64,000 bases of DNA, from positions 896,001 to 960,000 of the forward strand of contig CAXXWQ010000004.1 of assembly GCA_963674945.2 (NCBI GenBank), read 5' to 3'. A model generated the notes under the pieces. The model did not search any database. It was given only the letters and a program-made list of their open reading frames with translations, and was not told the origin of the DNA. Position numbers and translations under genes: made by a program. How positions within the stretch are numbered: the first letter of the stretch is position 1; each line of letters opens with the position of its first letter. Shown piece by piece: positions 20,971 through 32,829 of this stretch. Origin of the DNA: an uncultured Desulfosarcina sp. (lineage in GTDB: Bacteria > Desulfobacterota > Desulfobacteria > Desulfobacterales > Desulfosarcinaceae).

Positions 20971-21897
20971 ATGATTTACACCGTCACATTAAATCCTGCG
21001 CTGGACCGTTTCATCATAGTTGAGCAGTTACTGGCGGAAGACACCACCCGCATCCTTTCGGAAACGCCATATGCAGCCGGCAAAGGGATCGATGTATCCA
21101 GGGTGATCCGGGAATTGGGAGGCCAGAGTGTGGCCCTTGGTCTCGTTGGCGGCTATGATGGCCTGCAACTGGAAGGATTGCTCATCAATGCGGGTGTCGT
21201 TACCGATTTTACCCGGATTTCAGGCGAAACGCGAACCAATATTATTCTTCGCGAACAGGCAAAAGGCCGACAGTACGCTATCAGCGCCGCCGGGCCGGAA
21301 ATCAAGGCAACAGAAATCGGTATGTTTTTTCAACATGTGAATCAGGTACGGGATATGGATTACCTGATCCTGAGCGGAAGTCTACCACGCGGCATTTCAT
21401 CGAATCTTTATGGTCAACTGATCCTTGCCGGGAAGAAAAACGGCGCTTTCATCGTTCTGGATACGGATGGCAAATCACTGAGCGAATCAATAGAATATCA
21501 GCCGACCTGTATTAAACCAAATGCATATGAGCTGTCACGACTGGCGGGAAAGGAGCTTAAAACCGAATCTGAAATTATAGGCTTTTGTGAGAAAATTCAT
21601 ACAAAAGGAATTCCATATATCATTGTTTCGAGGGGAAAAGCGGGCTTGCTGTTATCTTCGGTCGAACAAAGAATCAAGGCTGTTGCACCTCCGGTGGAGG
21701 TGGACAGCGCCGTAGGCGCCGGTGATTCGGTGGTGGGTGGATTCGTGCTGGCGCATTCCCGGGGTAAAGACCTTGTGGACTGCATGCGGATCGCTTGCGC
21801 CGCGGGAACGGCAACCGCGCAAACACCCGGCACGGAGCTTTGTCATCGCAGGGATGTTGAAGATATTTCGACCAGGGTTACATTATCAAAATTATAA
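20971..21897 (+). CDS. pfkB: 1-phosphofructokinase-family hexose kinase (PfkB)
   Basis: MIYTVTLNPALD, AGKGIDVSR, IKPN, SAVGAGDS. Confidence 0.9.
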   Translation: MIYTVTLNPALDRFIIVEQLLAEDTTRILSETPYAAGKGIDVSRVIRELGGQSVALGLVGGYDGLQLEGLLINAGVVTDFTRISGETRTNIILREQAKGRQYAISAAGPEIKATEIGMFFQHVNQVRDMDYLILSGSLPRGISSNLYGQLILAGKKNGAFIVLDTDGKSLSESIEYQPTCIKPNAYELSRLAGKELKTESEIIGFCEKIHTKGIPYIIVSRGKAGLLLSSVEQRIKAVAPPVEVDSAVGAGDSVVGGFVLAHSRGKDLVDCMRIACAAGTATAQTPGTELCHRRDVEDISTRVTLSKL

Positions 21898-21978
21898 CTG
21901 AGAGATTCCTAATATACGATCTTGGCAACCTGTAAAAAACATCCCCTGCGATCCATATGACCAGGAAGATCCGAAAAA

Positions 21979-22124
21979 GGTCATATTTAACCAGCGGTAA
22001 AATATGACCTCTTTCCTATGACTTTTCCTCACTGCCCTGAAAGTGCTATGGAAACAAATTATCGTTAAATATCAAGATTATATTTAGCGTCCTTCCGAGT
22101 GTTGCATTCTGGCACAAAGATTGA
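21979..22124 (+). promoter_or_regulatory. Putative sigma54 promoter with tandem enhancer boxes
   Basis: GGTCATATTTAACC (21979) and GGTAAAATATGACC (21996), then TGGCAC-N5-TTGA at 22110-22124. Confidence 0.65.
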
Positions 22125-22141
22125 AATGCTAATTTAATGAA

Positions 22142-22470
22142 TCAACGGCAAAAGGAATCGGTTGTACCATTCAGGGGGTGTGTGGAAAGCAACCGGAGGT
22201 GGCCGCTCACCTGGACTTGCTTTTGTACTCCCTCATGGGACTTTCCCAGGTTGCCGTGGTGGGAAAAAAATCAGGCAGTTCCGACCATGACGTAAATGTG
22301 TTTACGGTTTATGCTTATATCAACGAAGCCCTTGCCGCCATACAAAGCGACGACCTGGATCTCAGAGATACTCCCTACCCACGGTTACCCGAAGTTAAAG
22401 CAATATGCCCATTTCTATGCCCATTACGGTACAAGGTGGCAAAATCAGATCAAAGAATTTCCAGAAGCTA
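22142..22470 (+). pseudogene. hcp: Hybrid-cluster protein (hydroxylamine reductase) remnant with large internal deletions
   Basis: TAKGIGCTIQGVCGKQPEVAA (Hcp N-terminus) and, in another frame, [30 protein letters not shown] (Hcp middle). Confidence 0.75.
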
Positions 22471-22492
22471 TTGAAACAACAGGAAAACGATT

Positions 22493-23908
22493 GTGGCCAT
22501 TGCCCTGCCAAAAACCAAAATTGTGTGTACCATCGGACCGGCCAGTGACTCGCCTGAAATCATAAGGGAATTGATCGTAAGCGGCATGCGCGTTGCCCGT
22601 TTGAATTTTTCTCATGGTACACACATTGACCATGAGAAAAAGATTCATGCCATCCGAAAAATCGCCGCGGATCTGGGAAAGCCGGTTGCCATATTACAGG
22701 ACCTCGGAGGACCAAAAATTCGGGTGGGGGTTATCCCTGAGCCAGGTATTCGATTGGAACCGGGACGTCATATTATTCTTACCACGCAGACCGTTGTGGG
22801 TTCGCAGCAGCGCATATCGGTTTCATATCCGTTTTTAAACGAACAAGTAAAGGAAGAGGATCGGATAATGCTCGCGGATGGCTTTTTGGAACTTCGGGTT
22901 GTTGAGGTAAGCGGATCTGAAATCCACTGTGAGATCATTACGGGCGGGGTGTTGACGTCTCACAAAGGAATCAATCTGCCGACCGGAAGCATTCGCATGC
23001 CTTCCATGACGGATAAAGACCGTGACGATCTGCATTTTGGCCTGGATCATGATGTGGATTATGTCGCGCTTTCATTTGTCAGGACGGCAACAGACATTCA
23101 GGACATAAAAGAAATCATCCGCCGGGAAAACAAGCATACACCGGTCATCGCCAAAATCGAAAAGCATGAGGCCATCGATCATTACGAAGAGATCCTGGAC
23201 GCTGGGGACGCAATCATGGTGGCCCGAGGTGACTTGGGGGTGGAGATACCCTTGGAAGAAGTACCCGGCATCCAAAAACGACTGATTCAAAAAGCCAATG
23301 CTTTGGGGAAACCGGTCATTACGGCTACCCAGATGCTGCGATCCATGGTAGATGCGCCACGACCAACCAGAGCCGAGGCCTCGGATGTAGCCAACGCTGT
23401 TTTGGACGGAACGGATGCCGTTATGCTTTCGGAAGAAACCGCCACGGGGAATTATCCGGTTCAAGCGGTTCGTTATATGATTCGCATCGTAGCCGAAGCG
23501 GAAAAAACCTACCCTCATGATCGGTACCTGAAAATGGTGCCTGAAAAGGAGGTTTCGGACGCGGTGACATATGCGGCTTGCGTTTTGGCGGACCACCTTG
23601 ATGCAGCTGCGATTTTAGCGCCTACACGGTCCGGACGGACAGCCATACACATCTCCAGGTTCAGACCCAAGCAACCGATTATTGCCTTTACGCCCAGCCG
23701 GACAACCCTAAGGCAACTCTCTCTTTTTCGTGGGATATACCCCCGCATGATTCCGAATCATCCGGACACGGATGACCTGATTGAAAAGGTATGCAAAAAT
23801 GCGGTTGAAACAGGCGATTTGATTGAAGGGAACCTGGCCGTCGTCACGGCCGGCAATCCGGTTTGGGTCGCCGGCATGACGAATGTGATTCGGGTTGTCT
23901 CTTTTTGA
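22493..23908 (+). CDS. pyk: Pyruvate kinase, copy 2
   Basis: Same motifs and same length (471 aa) as copy 1. Confidence 0.95.
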   Translation: MAIALPKTKIVCTIGPASDSPEIIRELIVSGMRVARLNFSHGTHIDHEKKIHAIRKIAADLGKPVAILQDLGGPKIRVGVIPEPGIRLEPGRHIILTTQTVVGSQQRISVSYPFLNEQVKEEDRIMLADGFLELRVVEVSGSEIHCEIITGGVLTSHKGINLPTGSIRMPSMTDKDRDDLHFGLDHDVDYVALSFVRTATDIQDIKEIIRRENKHTPVIAKIEKHEAIDHYEEILDAGDAIMVARGDLGVEIPLEEVPGIQKRLIQKANALGKPVITATQMLRSMVDAPRPTRAEASDVANAVLDGTDAVMLSEETATGNYPVQAVRYMIRIVAEAEKTYPHDRYLKMVPEKEVSDAVTYAACVLADHLDAAAILAPTRSGRTAIHISRFRPKQPIIAFTPSRTTLRQLSLFRGIYPRMIPNHPDTDDLIEKVCKNAVETGDLIEGNLAVVTAGNPVWVAGMTNVIRVVSF

Positions 23909-23965
23909 GAGAGGGTGATGTTGAAGAAATCCAAAAAAAACTAATAATTGAAAAGGAAACTAGAA

Positions 23966-25588
23966 ATGGCGGCAAAAGAGATAAAATACGGTACAAAGGC
24001 AAGGGCGAAGATGATGAAAGGAGTAGATGCCATGGCCGACGCGGTCATGGTGACCCTTGGGCCCAAGGGTCGCAATGTCCTCATCAATCAATCCTGGGGT
24101 TCTCCTAAACTTACCAAAGACGGCGTCACCGTCGCCAAGGAGATCGAACTGGAAGACCGGTTCGAAAACATGGGTGCACAGATGGTCAAGGAAGCGGCTT
24201 CAACGACGTCCGACGAAGCCGGAGACGGTACCACCACGGCAACTGTCCTGGCCCGGGCCATCTATCGTGAGGGTGCCAAACTCGCTGCGGCGGGGTTGAA
24301 TCCCATGTCCATCAAACGGGGCATGGACAAGGCAGTTGAATTGGTGGTGGAAGAATTGAAAAAGATGTCCAAGCCGACTGAGGACAAAAAAGATATCGCC
24401 CAGGTCGGAGCCATCTCGGCAAACAACGATCCTACGATTGGCGACCTGATTGCAGAGGCCATGGAAAAAGTGGGCAAGGAGGGCGTGATAACGGTGGAAG
24501 AAGCCAAGGTCATGGAGACGACGCTGAAGGTCGTTGAAGGATTGCAGTTTGACCGCGGCTACCTGAGCCCCTACTTTGTTACCGACCCGGAGAAGATGGC
24601 GGTTCATCTGGATGAGCCTTATATCCTTATGCATGAGGGAACGATCCGTACGATGCGGGATCTGCTTCCTATTTTGGAGCAGGTTGCGAAAACCGGCAAG
24701 CCCATCCTGATTTTAGCGGAAGATGTGACCGGCGAGGCGTTGACCACCATGGTGGTCAACAAACTGAGGGGAAGCTTGCATTGCGCGGCGGTCAAGAGCC
24801 CCGGCTTTGGTGAAAACCGCAAGGGTACGCTTGAAGATATTGCCATCCTGACTGGCGGCCGGGTGATCAGTGAGGATTTGGGCGTCAAATTGGAGACAGT
24901 ATCCCTGGAGGACCTGGGCACGGCCAAACGGATTACGGTAGAAAAGGACAATACGACGATCATCGATGGGGGTGGGGATCGCAATGCCCTGAAGGGAAGG
25001 ATCAAACAGCTCCGGGCGCAAATCGAAGCGACCACCAGCAATTACGACAAGGAACGGCTACAGGGCCGCCTGGCGAAATTGAGCGGGGGGGTGGCCGTCA
25101 TCAATGTGGGTGCTGCGACGGAGACGGAAATGAAAGAGAAAAAAGACCGAGTCGAGGATGCCCTCAATGCCACGCGTGCCGCCGTGGAGGAAGGTATCGT
25201 TCCCGGAGGCGGCGTCGCTTATATACGCGCCATGAAGGTGCTTGATTCCGCCCGATTCCCCAATGAAGAGCAGCTTGGCGTCAACCTTATTCAACGTGCC
25301 CTCGAAGAGCCGGTGCGACAGATTGCCGACAATGCCGGTTTTGAGGGCGCCGTGGTAATCCAGCACGTTAAGGACGGAGAGGGGAGTTTTGGATTCAATG
25401 CCGAAACCGAGATTTATGAAGACCTTATGCAGGCCGGCATCGTGGATCCGACCAAGGTTTCCCGATTGGCACTTCAACATGCCGCGTCCGTTGCCGGCCT
25501 TTTCATGACCACGGAAGCGATGATTGCGGATAAGCCTAAAAAAAGGAAATCCGCGGAGCCTGACATGCCCCCTGAGGATATGTATTAA
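23966..25588 (+). CDS. groEL: Chaperonin GroEL (no adjacent groES)
   Basis: [35 protein letters not shown]. Confidence 0.95.
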   Translation: MAAKEIKYGTKARAKMMKGVDAMADAVMVTLGPKGRNVLINQSWGSPKLTKDGVTVAKEIELEDRFENMGAQMVKEAASTTSDEAGDGTTTATVLARAIYREGAKLAAAGLNPMSIKRGMDKAVELVVEELKKMSKPTEDKKDIAQVGAISANNDPTIGDLIAEAMEKVGKEGVITVEEAKVMETTLKVVEGLQFDRGYLSPYFVTDPEKMAVHLDEPYILMHEGTIRTMRDLLPILEQVAKTGKPILILAEDVTGEALTTMVVNKLRGSLHCAAVKSPGFGENRKGTLEDIAILTGGRVISEDLGVKLETVSLEDLGTAKRITVEKDNTTIIDGGGDRNALKGRIKQLRAQIEATTSNYDKERLQGRLAKLSGGVAVINVGAATETEMKEKKDRVEDALNATRAAVEEGIVPGGGVAYIRAMKVLDSARFPNEEQLGVNLIQRALEEPVRQIADNAGFEGAVVIQHVKDGEGSFGFNAETEIYEDLMQAGIVDPTKVSRLALQHAASVAGLFMTTEAMIADKPKKRKSAEPDMPPEDMY

Positions 25589-25857
25589 TTTCCACTCCCC
25601 TAATCTTCGAATTTATCCATGTTCACCATAGAACCAAACGGTTTTCTCCATCTGGTGAACATGGCTCCTTGTTTTTCCGCCACCGGCTTCCGAAATTCCC
25701 TTGCCCTGGTTGCGTTCACCAAAAAAATAGAATAAAATAAAAAACTCATCATGGATAACCCGCAACTTCTTAAAAAAGCTGCCTGACTCGAAGGACCTGT
25801 TTTTTTAGGTGCAAACATACTACGCGACCAAGCATACGGATAGCGCGGAATAGACAA

Positions 25858-27339
<1,482 letters not shown>

Positions 27340-27345
27340 AATAGT

Positions 27346-27490
27346 GGCCAAATATGATCAATGGTCATATGCGGCCAATCTTATTATCTCCTTTTGCTCT
27401 GCCACCTTCATCTGCTCGATTTTTATTTTCTATTAAATCAGATCAATACAGTTAATTCTCGGTATCTACCAAACCCGGCATGAACCTTGA
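27346..27490 (+). promoter_or_regulatory. Second putative sigma54 promoter with tandem enhancer boxes
   Basis: GGCCAAATATGATC (27346) and GGTCATATGCGGCC (27363), then CGGCAT-N5-TTGA at 27476-27490; same geometry as 21979-22124. Confidence 0.65.
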
Positions 27491-27678
27491 TTATTAAGTT
27501 GACGGATGTCGTTGCATGGGACCCGGATATTCGTCAGCAACAAGCTATCCTCGATGAGGTGAAATGATGATAGCCCCTTTCGAAACGGTTCAAACCGAAA
27601 AAGGCACCCCCTTAATGAAAGAAATGATTGAAATCATCGACAAACCTTAAAAACTGGCATTGCCGGGAGGTCGCCGCC

Positions 27679-28002
27679 ATGATCGTTGTTCGCATTACCA
27701 TGCATGTGCTTCCGGAAAAACAGAAGGAGCTGGTACAAACGATTCTTTCCATGGTCGGGTCCATCGAGAAGGCGGCAGGCTGTATGAGTTACGCGCTTTT
27801 TTGCAATATGGAAGACAAAAACCTTCTGAACCTTATCGAGGAGTGGCAAACGCGAAAAGATTTGGAGCAACATTTAAAGTCCGACCTCTTTGGTGTTTTG
27901 CTGGGGACCAAGAGTCTTTTGGCCGAACCGCATGGAATTCAGATTCATACGATCCATCGATCGGAGGGAATGGAAGCCGTTCTTGCCGCCCGGAGGAAAT
28001 AG
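27679..28002 (+). CDS. ABM-family (putative quinol monooxygenase) protein
   Basis: GGAGG RBS; GCMSY...EEWQTRKDLEQHLKS pattern. Confidence 0.75.
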   Translation: MIVVRITMHVLPEKQKELVQTILSMVGSIEKAAGCMSYALFCNMEDKNLLNLIEEWQTRKDLEQHLKSDLFGVLLGTKSLLAEPHGIQIHTIHRSEGMEAVLAARRK

Positions 28003-28149
28003 CACGGCCGCACCGATGCAGCCTACACCATCGTCGCTCTCGAAGGATTGACGTTTCGATAGGGTATAACCGCAGTGGAGAAGCGTTACGACACAGATAA
28101 AATCATTGTGCATAAATTATAATTTTATCACGCACGTGGAGAAATCAAA

Positions 28150-28395
28150 ATGGAATATTTTTGGATGATCTTAATTGGCTTGATTGTCGGATCGCTTGCC
28201 GGGCAATTTATGACCGGCAACGGTTTTGGGGTGGTCGGAGACATCATTACCGGCATGGTTGGTGCGCTGATCGGCGGACTTCTTTTTGAAAGAACAGGTC
28301 TTTTTGCAGGAAGCAGCATGATCGGGAGTCTGCTCGTCGCAACCGTTAGTGCAATTATCTTCCTGTATGGCATACGGGTATTTAATAAGGCATAG
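28150..28395 (+). CDS. GlsB/YeaQ/YmgE family stress membrane protein
   Basis: IGLIVGSLAG...GDIITGMVGALIGGLL pattern. Confidence 0.85.
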   Translation: MEYFWMILIGLIVGSLAGQFMTGNGFGVVGDIITGMVGALIGGLLFERTGLFAGSSMIGSLLVATVSAIIFLYGIRVFNKA

Positions 28396-30711
28396 GTGGC
28401 GGCAATGACATCGGTTATCAAGTATTACGAGGGAATCAACTCGGTTGCCGTCATCGGCAATTATTTGCCCCGTCAATGCGGTATCGCAACCTTTACTACA
28501 GATCTGGTTGACGGGTTGTCAGTCGAAGCACCCGAAATCAATTGCTGGGCGGCGGTTATGAATGACAAACCAGAGGGATACCCGTATCCGGACAAGGTGC
28601 GTTTCGAGATCAATCAGAACAAGTTAAGCGATTATCGTACCGCTTCTCAATTTCTAAACATCAGTCAGACGGATATCGTCTGTGTACAGCATGAATACGG
28701 TATTTTCGGAGGGATGGCCGGCAGTCATCTACTGGAACTGTTGGCTGATCTGCGCATGCCGGTAGTGACAACCTTGCACACAGTGTTGAAGGATCCCGCG
28801 CCGGAGTATCGTTCCGTCATGCGCAAGGTATCAGATCTGTCCGACAAACTAGTCGTAATGAGTCATAAGGCATCCGAGTTTCTCAAGGATATCTATGCAG
28901 TACCCGAGGAGAAAATTGTCTTTATCCATCATGGCATTCCCGATACGCCGTTTATCGACTCAAGCTTCTACAAAGACAAGTTCGGCGTCGAAGGCAAGAA
29001 GGTGTTGCTCACTTTCGGTCTGCTTTCCCCAAACAAGGGCATCGAAAATATGCTGCATGCGCTGCCGTCGATCATCAACGAGCACCCGGATGTGGTTTAT
29101 ATCGTCCTGGGGGCAACCCACCCGCACATTTTAAAATCACAAGGGGAGGCCTACCGGATCATGCTGCAACAACTCGTGCGCAAACTTGAAATCGTTGAGC
29201 ATGTCATTTTTCAAAATCGGTTTGTCGAACTCAAAGAGTTGTGCGAGTTTCTCGGCATTGCCGATATCTATGTAACCCCTTATCTCGAAGAGGCCCAGAT
29301 TGCCTCCGGGACCCTGGCCTACGCCATGGGCACCGGCAAAGCCATCGTTTCGACGCCATACTGGTATGCCACCGAGATGCTTTCCGAAGGCCGGGGCCGA
29401 ATCGTGCCTTTCAACAATCCGGACGCCATCGCCGAACAAATCATCGACCTGCTGGGCAATGATGTCACACGGCACGCCATGCGAAAAAAAGCCTATACCT
29501 TCACTCGTGAAGCGGTGTGGAAGGAAGTATCCCGGAAATACCTTCAGGTTTTCAATGAAGTGCGGCAAAACCGCACCCGTAATCCCCGTCCCCGGCATTC
29601 ATATGTCGAAAACATCAAGGCCATCACCAATTTCGAGCTGCCGGAGATCAAGCTCGACCACCTGAAAGCCTTCACCGATGATACCGGCATCCTGCAACAT
29701 GCCAATTATACCATCCCCGATCGCATCCATGGCTACTGCACCGATGATAATGCCAGAGCCCTGCTGGCTGCCGCCATGGGTCAAAAATATCTGCCGACCA
29801 ACGGCTTGGGACTCGATTTTCTCAGCGGTCATTATCTCGGATTCCTTCTGTATGCCTATAATGAAAAAAACGGCCGCTTTCGTAATTTCATGACCTATTC
29901 ACGACAGTGGATGGAGGAGATCGGGTCCGAGGACGCGCATGGAAGAGCACTCTGGTGCCTTGGTAGAGCAGTCGGTTTTCTGGACAATCCCGGACACCTG
30001 GCAATGAGCACAACCCTTTTTAACAAGGCCCTGCCGGCTGCTGAGAATTTCAGCTCGCCCCGCGCCATGGCCTTCTCTCTGATAGGCATACATGCCTACC
30101 TGAATAAATTTTCCGGCGACAGTGATGTGCGCAGAATCAGGAATGTTCTCGCCGACCGGCTTTTCGATCAGTTTACCAACTATGCAACCGACGATTGGCC
30201 CTGGCTTGAGAACGCCCTGAACTATGCCAACGGCAAACTGCCCCATGCCTTGCTGCTTTCGGGACATCGGATGCAACGCAGCGACATGGTCGATATGGGC
30301 CTCAAGGCCCTCACGTGGCTGCTCTTCATCCAGACCGAAGGTAACCACTTAGTCCCCATCGGCAACAACGGATGGTATGATCGAGACGGATCCAGAGCCC
30401 GTTTCGACCAGCAGCCCGTCGAGGCCAATGCCATGGTCGAAGCCTGTGTCGAAGCGTTTAACATTACCCGGGACCAAATCTGGTTTGAGAAGGCGGCCAT
30501 GTGCTTTAACTGGTTTCTCGGACAAAACGATTTGAATATGCCCCTCTATGACCCCAAGACCGGCGGATGCCGGGATGGATTGATGGCTAACGGCATCAAC
30601 CAGAATCAAGGCGCCGAATCCTCGCTTGCCTGGCTGCTCTCGCTGATGACCCTGCAGAATCTCTATGGCGAAGAGATACTCCATCAGTGGGCTTCACAGA
30701 AGACCGAATAA
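28396..30711 (+). CDS. GT4 glycosyltransferase fused to a C-terminal alpha/alpha-toroid (glycoside-hydrolase-like) domain
   Basis: PRQCGIATFT, QHEYGIFGG, FGLLSPNKGIE; C-terminal GYCTDDNARAL, FDQQPVE, NQNQGAES. Confidence 0.85.
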   Translation: MAAMTSVIKYYEGINSVAVIGNYLPRQCGIATFTTDLVDGLSVEAPEINCWAAVMNDKPEGYPYPDKVRFEINQNKLSDYRTASQFLNISQTDIVCVQHEYGIFGGMAGSHLLELLADLRMPVVTTLHTVLKDPAPEYRSVMRKVSDLSDKLVVMSHKASEFLKDIYAVPEEKIVFIHHGIPDTPFIDSSFYKDKFGVEGKKVLLTFGLLSPNKGIENMLHALPSIINEHPDVVYIVLGATHPHILKSQGEAYRIMLQQLVRKLEIVEHVIFQNRFVELKELCEFLGIADIYVTPYLEEAQIASGTLAYAMGTGKAIVSTPYWYATEMLSEGRGRIVPFNNPDAIAEQIIDLLGNDVTRHAMRKKAYTFTREAVWKEVSRKYLQVFNEVRQNRTRNPRPRHSYVENIKAITNFELPEIKLDHLKAFTDDTGILQHANYTIPDRIHGYCTDDNARALLAAAMGQKYLPTNGLGLDFLSGHYLGFLLYAYNEKNGRFRNFMTYSRQWMEEIGSEDAHGRALWCLGRAVGFLDNPGHLAMSTTLFNKALPAAENFSSPRAMAFSLIGIHAYLNKFSGDSDVRRIRNVLADRLFDQFTNYATDDWPWLENALNYANGKLPHALLLSGHRMQRSDMVDMGLKALTWLLFIQTEGNHLVPIGNNGWYDRDGSRARFDQQPVEANAMVEACVEAFNITRDQIWFEKAAMCFNWFLGQNDLNMPLYDPKTGGCRDGLMANGINQNQGAESSLAWLLSLMTLQNLYGEEILHQWASQKTE

Positions 30712-30723
30712 CAAGGAACCGTC

Positions 30724-31743
30724 ATGCACATTGCCATGCTTGCGCCCATTGCCTGGCGTACACCGCCCCGCCACTACGGTCCCTGGGAGAACGTGGCGTC
30801 ACTGTTGACCGAGGGACTGGTCTTGCGCGGTTTTGACGTTACCTTGTTTGCAACCGCGGATTCGCAAACCAGCGGCAAATTGCATGCCGTTTGCCCAAGG
30901 GGCTATGAAGAAGATCGCTCACTCATCCCGAAAGTCTGGGAGTGCTTACATATTTCGGAACTTTTTGAGAATGCCGAGGCCTATGACATCATCCACAACC
31001 AATTTGATTTTCTGCCGTTGACATACGCCGGGCTGACCACAACGCCGGTCGTGACCACCATTCACGGCTTTTCATCGCCAGGGATCCTACCAGTTTACAA
31101 GAAATACAACGGCAGCGTGTCCTATGTTTCCATCAGTGATGCGGATCGATCGCCCGATCTTGATTATATCAAAACAGTTCATCATGGAATCGACATTCGG
31201 CAGTTTAATTTTCAGCCTGCCCCGGATGACTATCTGCTTTTTTTCGGGCGTATTCACCAGGACAAAGGCACCCGCGAAGCCCTGGAAATCGCCCGGATCT
31301 GTGGCAAAAAGCTGATCCTGGCCGGCATCATCCAAGATCAGGTCTACTTCGACCGATATATCGCACCGTACCTGGATAACGACAACGTGGTTTATGTGGG
31401 AAGCGTTGGACCTGAGGCGCGCAACCGTTTGCTCGGCAATGCCTTCGCGTTGCTGCACCCCATCCAGTTTGAGGAGCCTTTCGGTTTGTCCGTGATCGAA
31501 TCGATGGCCTGCGGCACGCCCGTGATCGCCTTCAATCGGGGCAGCATGCCGGAACTGATCGAAAACGGCAGAAACGGATTTTTGGTGGATAACGTGGAGG
31601 CAGCCATTGAGGCGCTTACACGGATCAAAGAGATCGACCGTGCAGCCTGTCGTCGCCATGTACAACGGCACTTCACCGTGGACCGCATGGTCCAGGAATA
31701 TATAGGGGTTTATGAAAAAATCGTAAGGAGAATTTCAGAATGA
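30724..31743 (+). CDS. GT4 glycosyltransferase
   Basis: PPRHYGPWE, GRIHQDKG, EPFGLSVIESMACGTPV. Confidence 0.9.
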   Translation: MHIAMLAPIAWRTPPRHYGPWENVASLLTEGLVLRGFDVTLFATADSQTSGKLHAVCPRGYEEDRSLIPKVWECLHISELFENAEAYDIIHNQFDFLPLTYAGLTTTPVVTTIHGFSSPGILPVYKKYNGSVSYVSISDADRSPDLDYIKTVHHGIDIRQFNFQPAPDDYLLFFGRIHQDKGTREALEIARICGKKLILAGIIQDQVYFDRYIAPYLDNDNVVYVGSVGPEARNRLLGNAFALLHPIQFEEPFGLSVIESMACGTPVIAFNRGSMPELIENGRNGFLVDNVEAAIEALTRIKEIDRAACRRHVQRHFTVDRMVQEYIGVYEKIVRRISE

Positions 31744-32681
31744 AAACAAAGTCTCCGATCATCACGCGATGTAAAAGCAACCCTGTCCTGACCCGTAGTG
31801 ATGTGCCCTATCCGGTGACGACTGTTCACAATGCGGGCATCGTCAAGCATGACGGTCACTACATCATGTTGTTTCGATCGCATCTGTTGAACGGACGTTC
31901 GATCATCGGTAGGGCAGACAGTCAGGATGGGTTTTCATTCACGGTTCATCCCAAGCCCTTTTTGATACCATCCACGGATACCGTTTTCGCCGAATATGAA
32001 GCTTTCGGCGTCGAAGATATGAGAATCTCACCGGTGGATAACGCATATCTGCTGACCTACAGCGCCTATTCCCGTCACGGCGTGCGGATTGCCCTGGCGC
32101 GTACAAACGATTTTAAAAACGTGGAGCGCGTGGCGCTGATCACTCAGGCCGACCTGCGCAACGTCGTCATTTTCCCTGAAAAGTTCGATGGTCGCTATGT
32201 GCGTCTGGACCGACCGCATTCGGAAATCTCGCCCTGGTCGATCTGGATTTCCTATTCTCCGGACCTGATTCACTGGGGCGATTCCCGGGTGATCATGAAG
32301 CCCTTGGCCTATCACTGGGATGAGATGAAAATCGGGCCCGGCGCGCCACCCTTCAGAACCGATAAAGGCTGGCTGCATATTTACCATGGCGTTTTCAAGA
32401 CCATGGCCGGAACGGTGTATCGACTCGGCGTAGCCCTGCACGACTTTGATGATCCGGCGACCATCATCGGCGTCTCCGATAGGTGGATTCTGCAGCCTGA
32501 AGATCCCTGGGAGGTGACTGGCTATGTTCCCAATGTGGTCTTTACCTGCGGCGCGGTTCCGGAAGCCGATGGTACGGTAAAAATCTATTGGGGCGGTGCG
32601 GATACGGTCATGTGCGCCGGAACGGCCGTGATCGATGATTTGGTCTCCCTCTGCCTCTCGGACTCCCGTCCAGCGGTTTAG
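31740..32681 (+). CDS. GH130 beta-mannoside phosphorylase/glycosidase
   Basis: VHNAG, GVEDMRI, KIGPGAPP, GYVPNVVFTCG. Confidence 0.88.
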   Translation: MKTKSPIITRCKSNPVLTRSDVPYPVTTVHNAGIVKHDGHYIMLFRSHLLNGRSIIGRADSQDGFSFTVHPKPFLIPSTDTVFAEYEAFGVEDMRISPVDNAYLLTYSAYSRHGVRIALARTNDFKNVERVALITQADLRNVVIFPEKFDGRYVRLDRPHSEISPWSIWISYSPDLIHWGDSRVIMKPLAYHWDEMKIGPGAPPFRTDKGWLHIYHGVFKTMAGTVYRLGVALHDFDDPATIIGVSDRWILQPEDPWEVTGYVPNVVFTCGAVPEADGTVKIYWGGADTVMCAGTAVIDDLVSLCLSDSRPAV

Positions 32682-32829
32682 CTGCTGCTTTCCGATCTAA
32701 GTGCAGATCGAAGAACCCCGCTTTTTCTTAGGTCGGCTGGATTAGAATTCGTCATCCCCATTGCTTCAGCGTTGAATGCAAAGCATGAGGGCAACGAAAA
32801 CATGCATTTAACATGAAGGACACCGGAAT

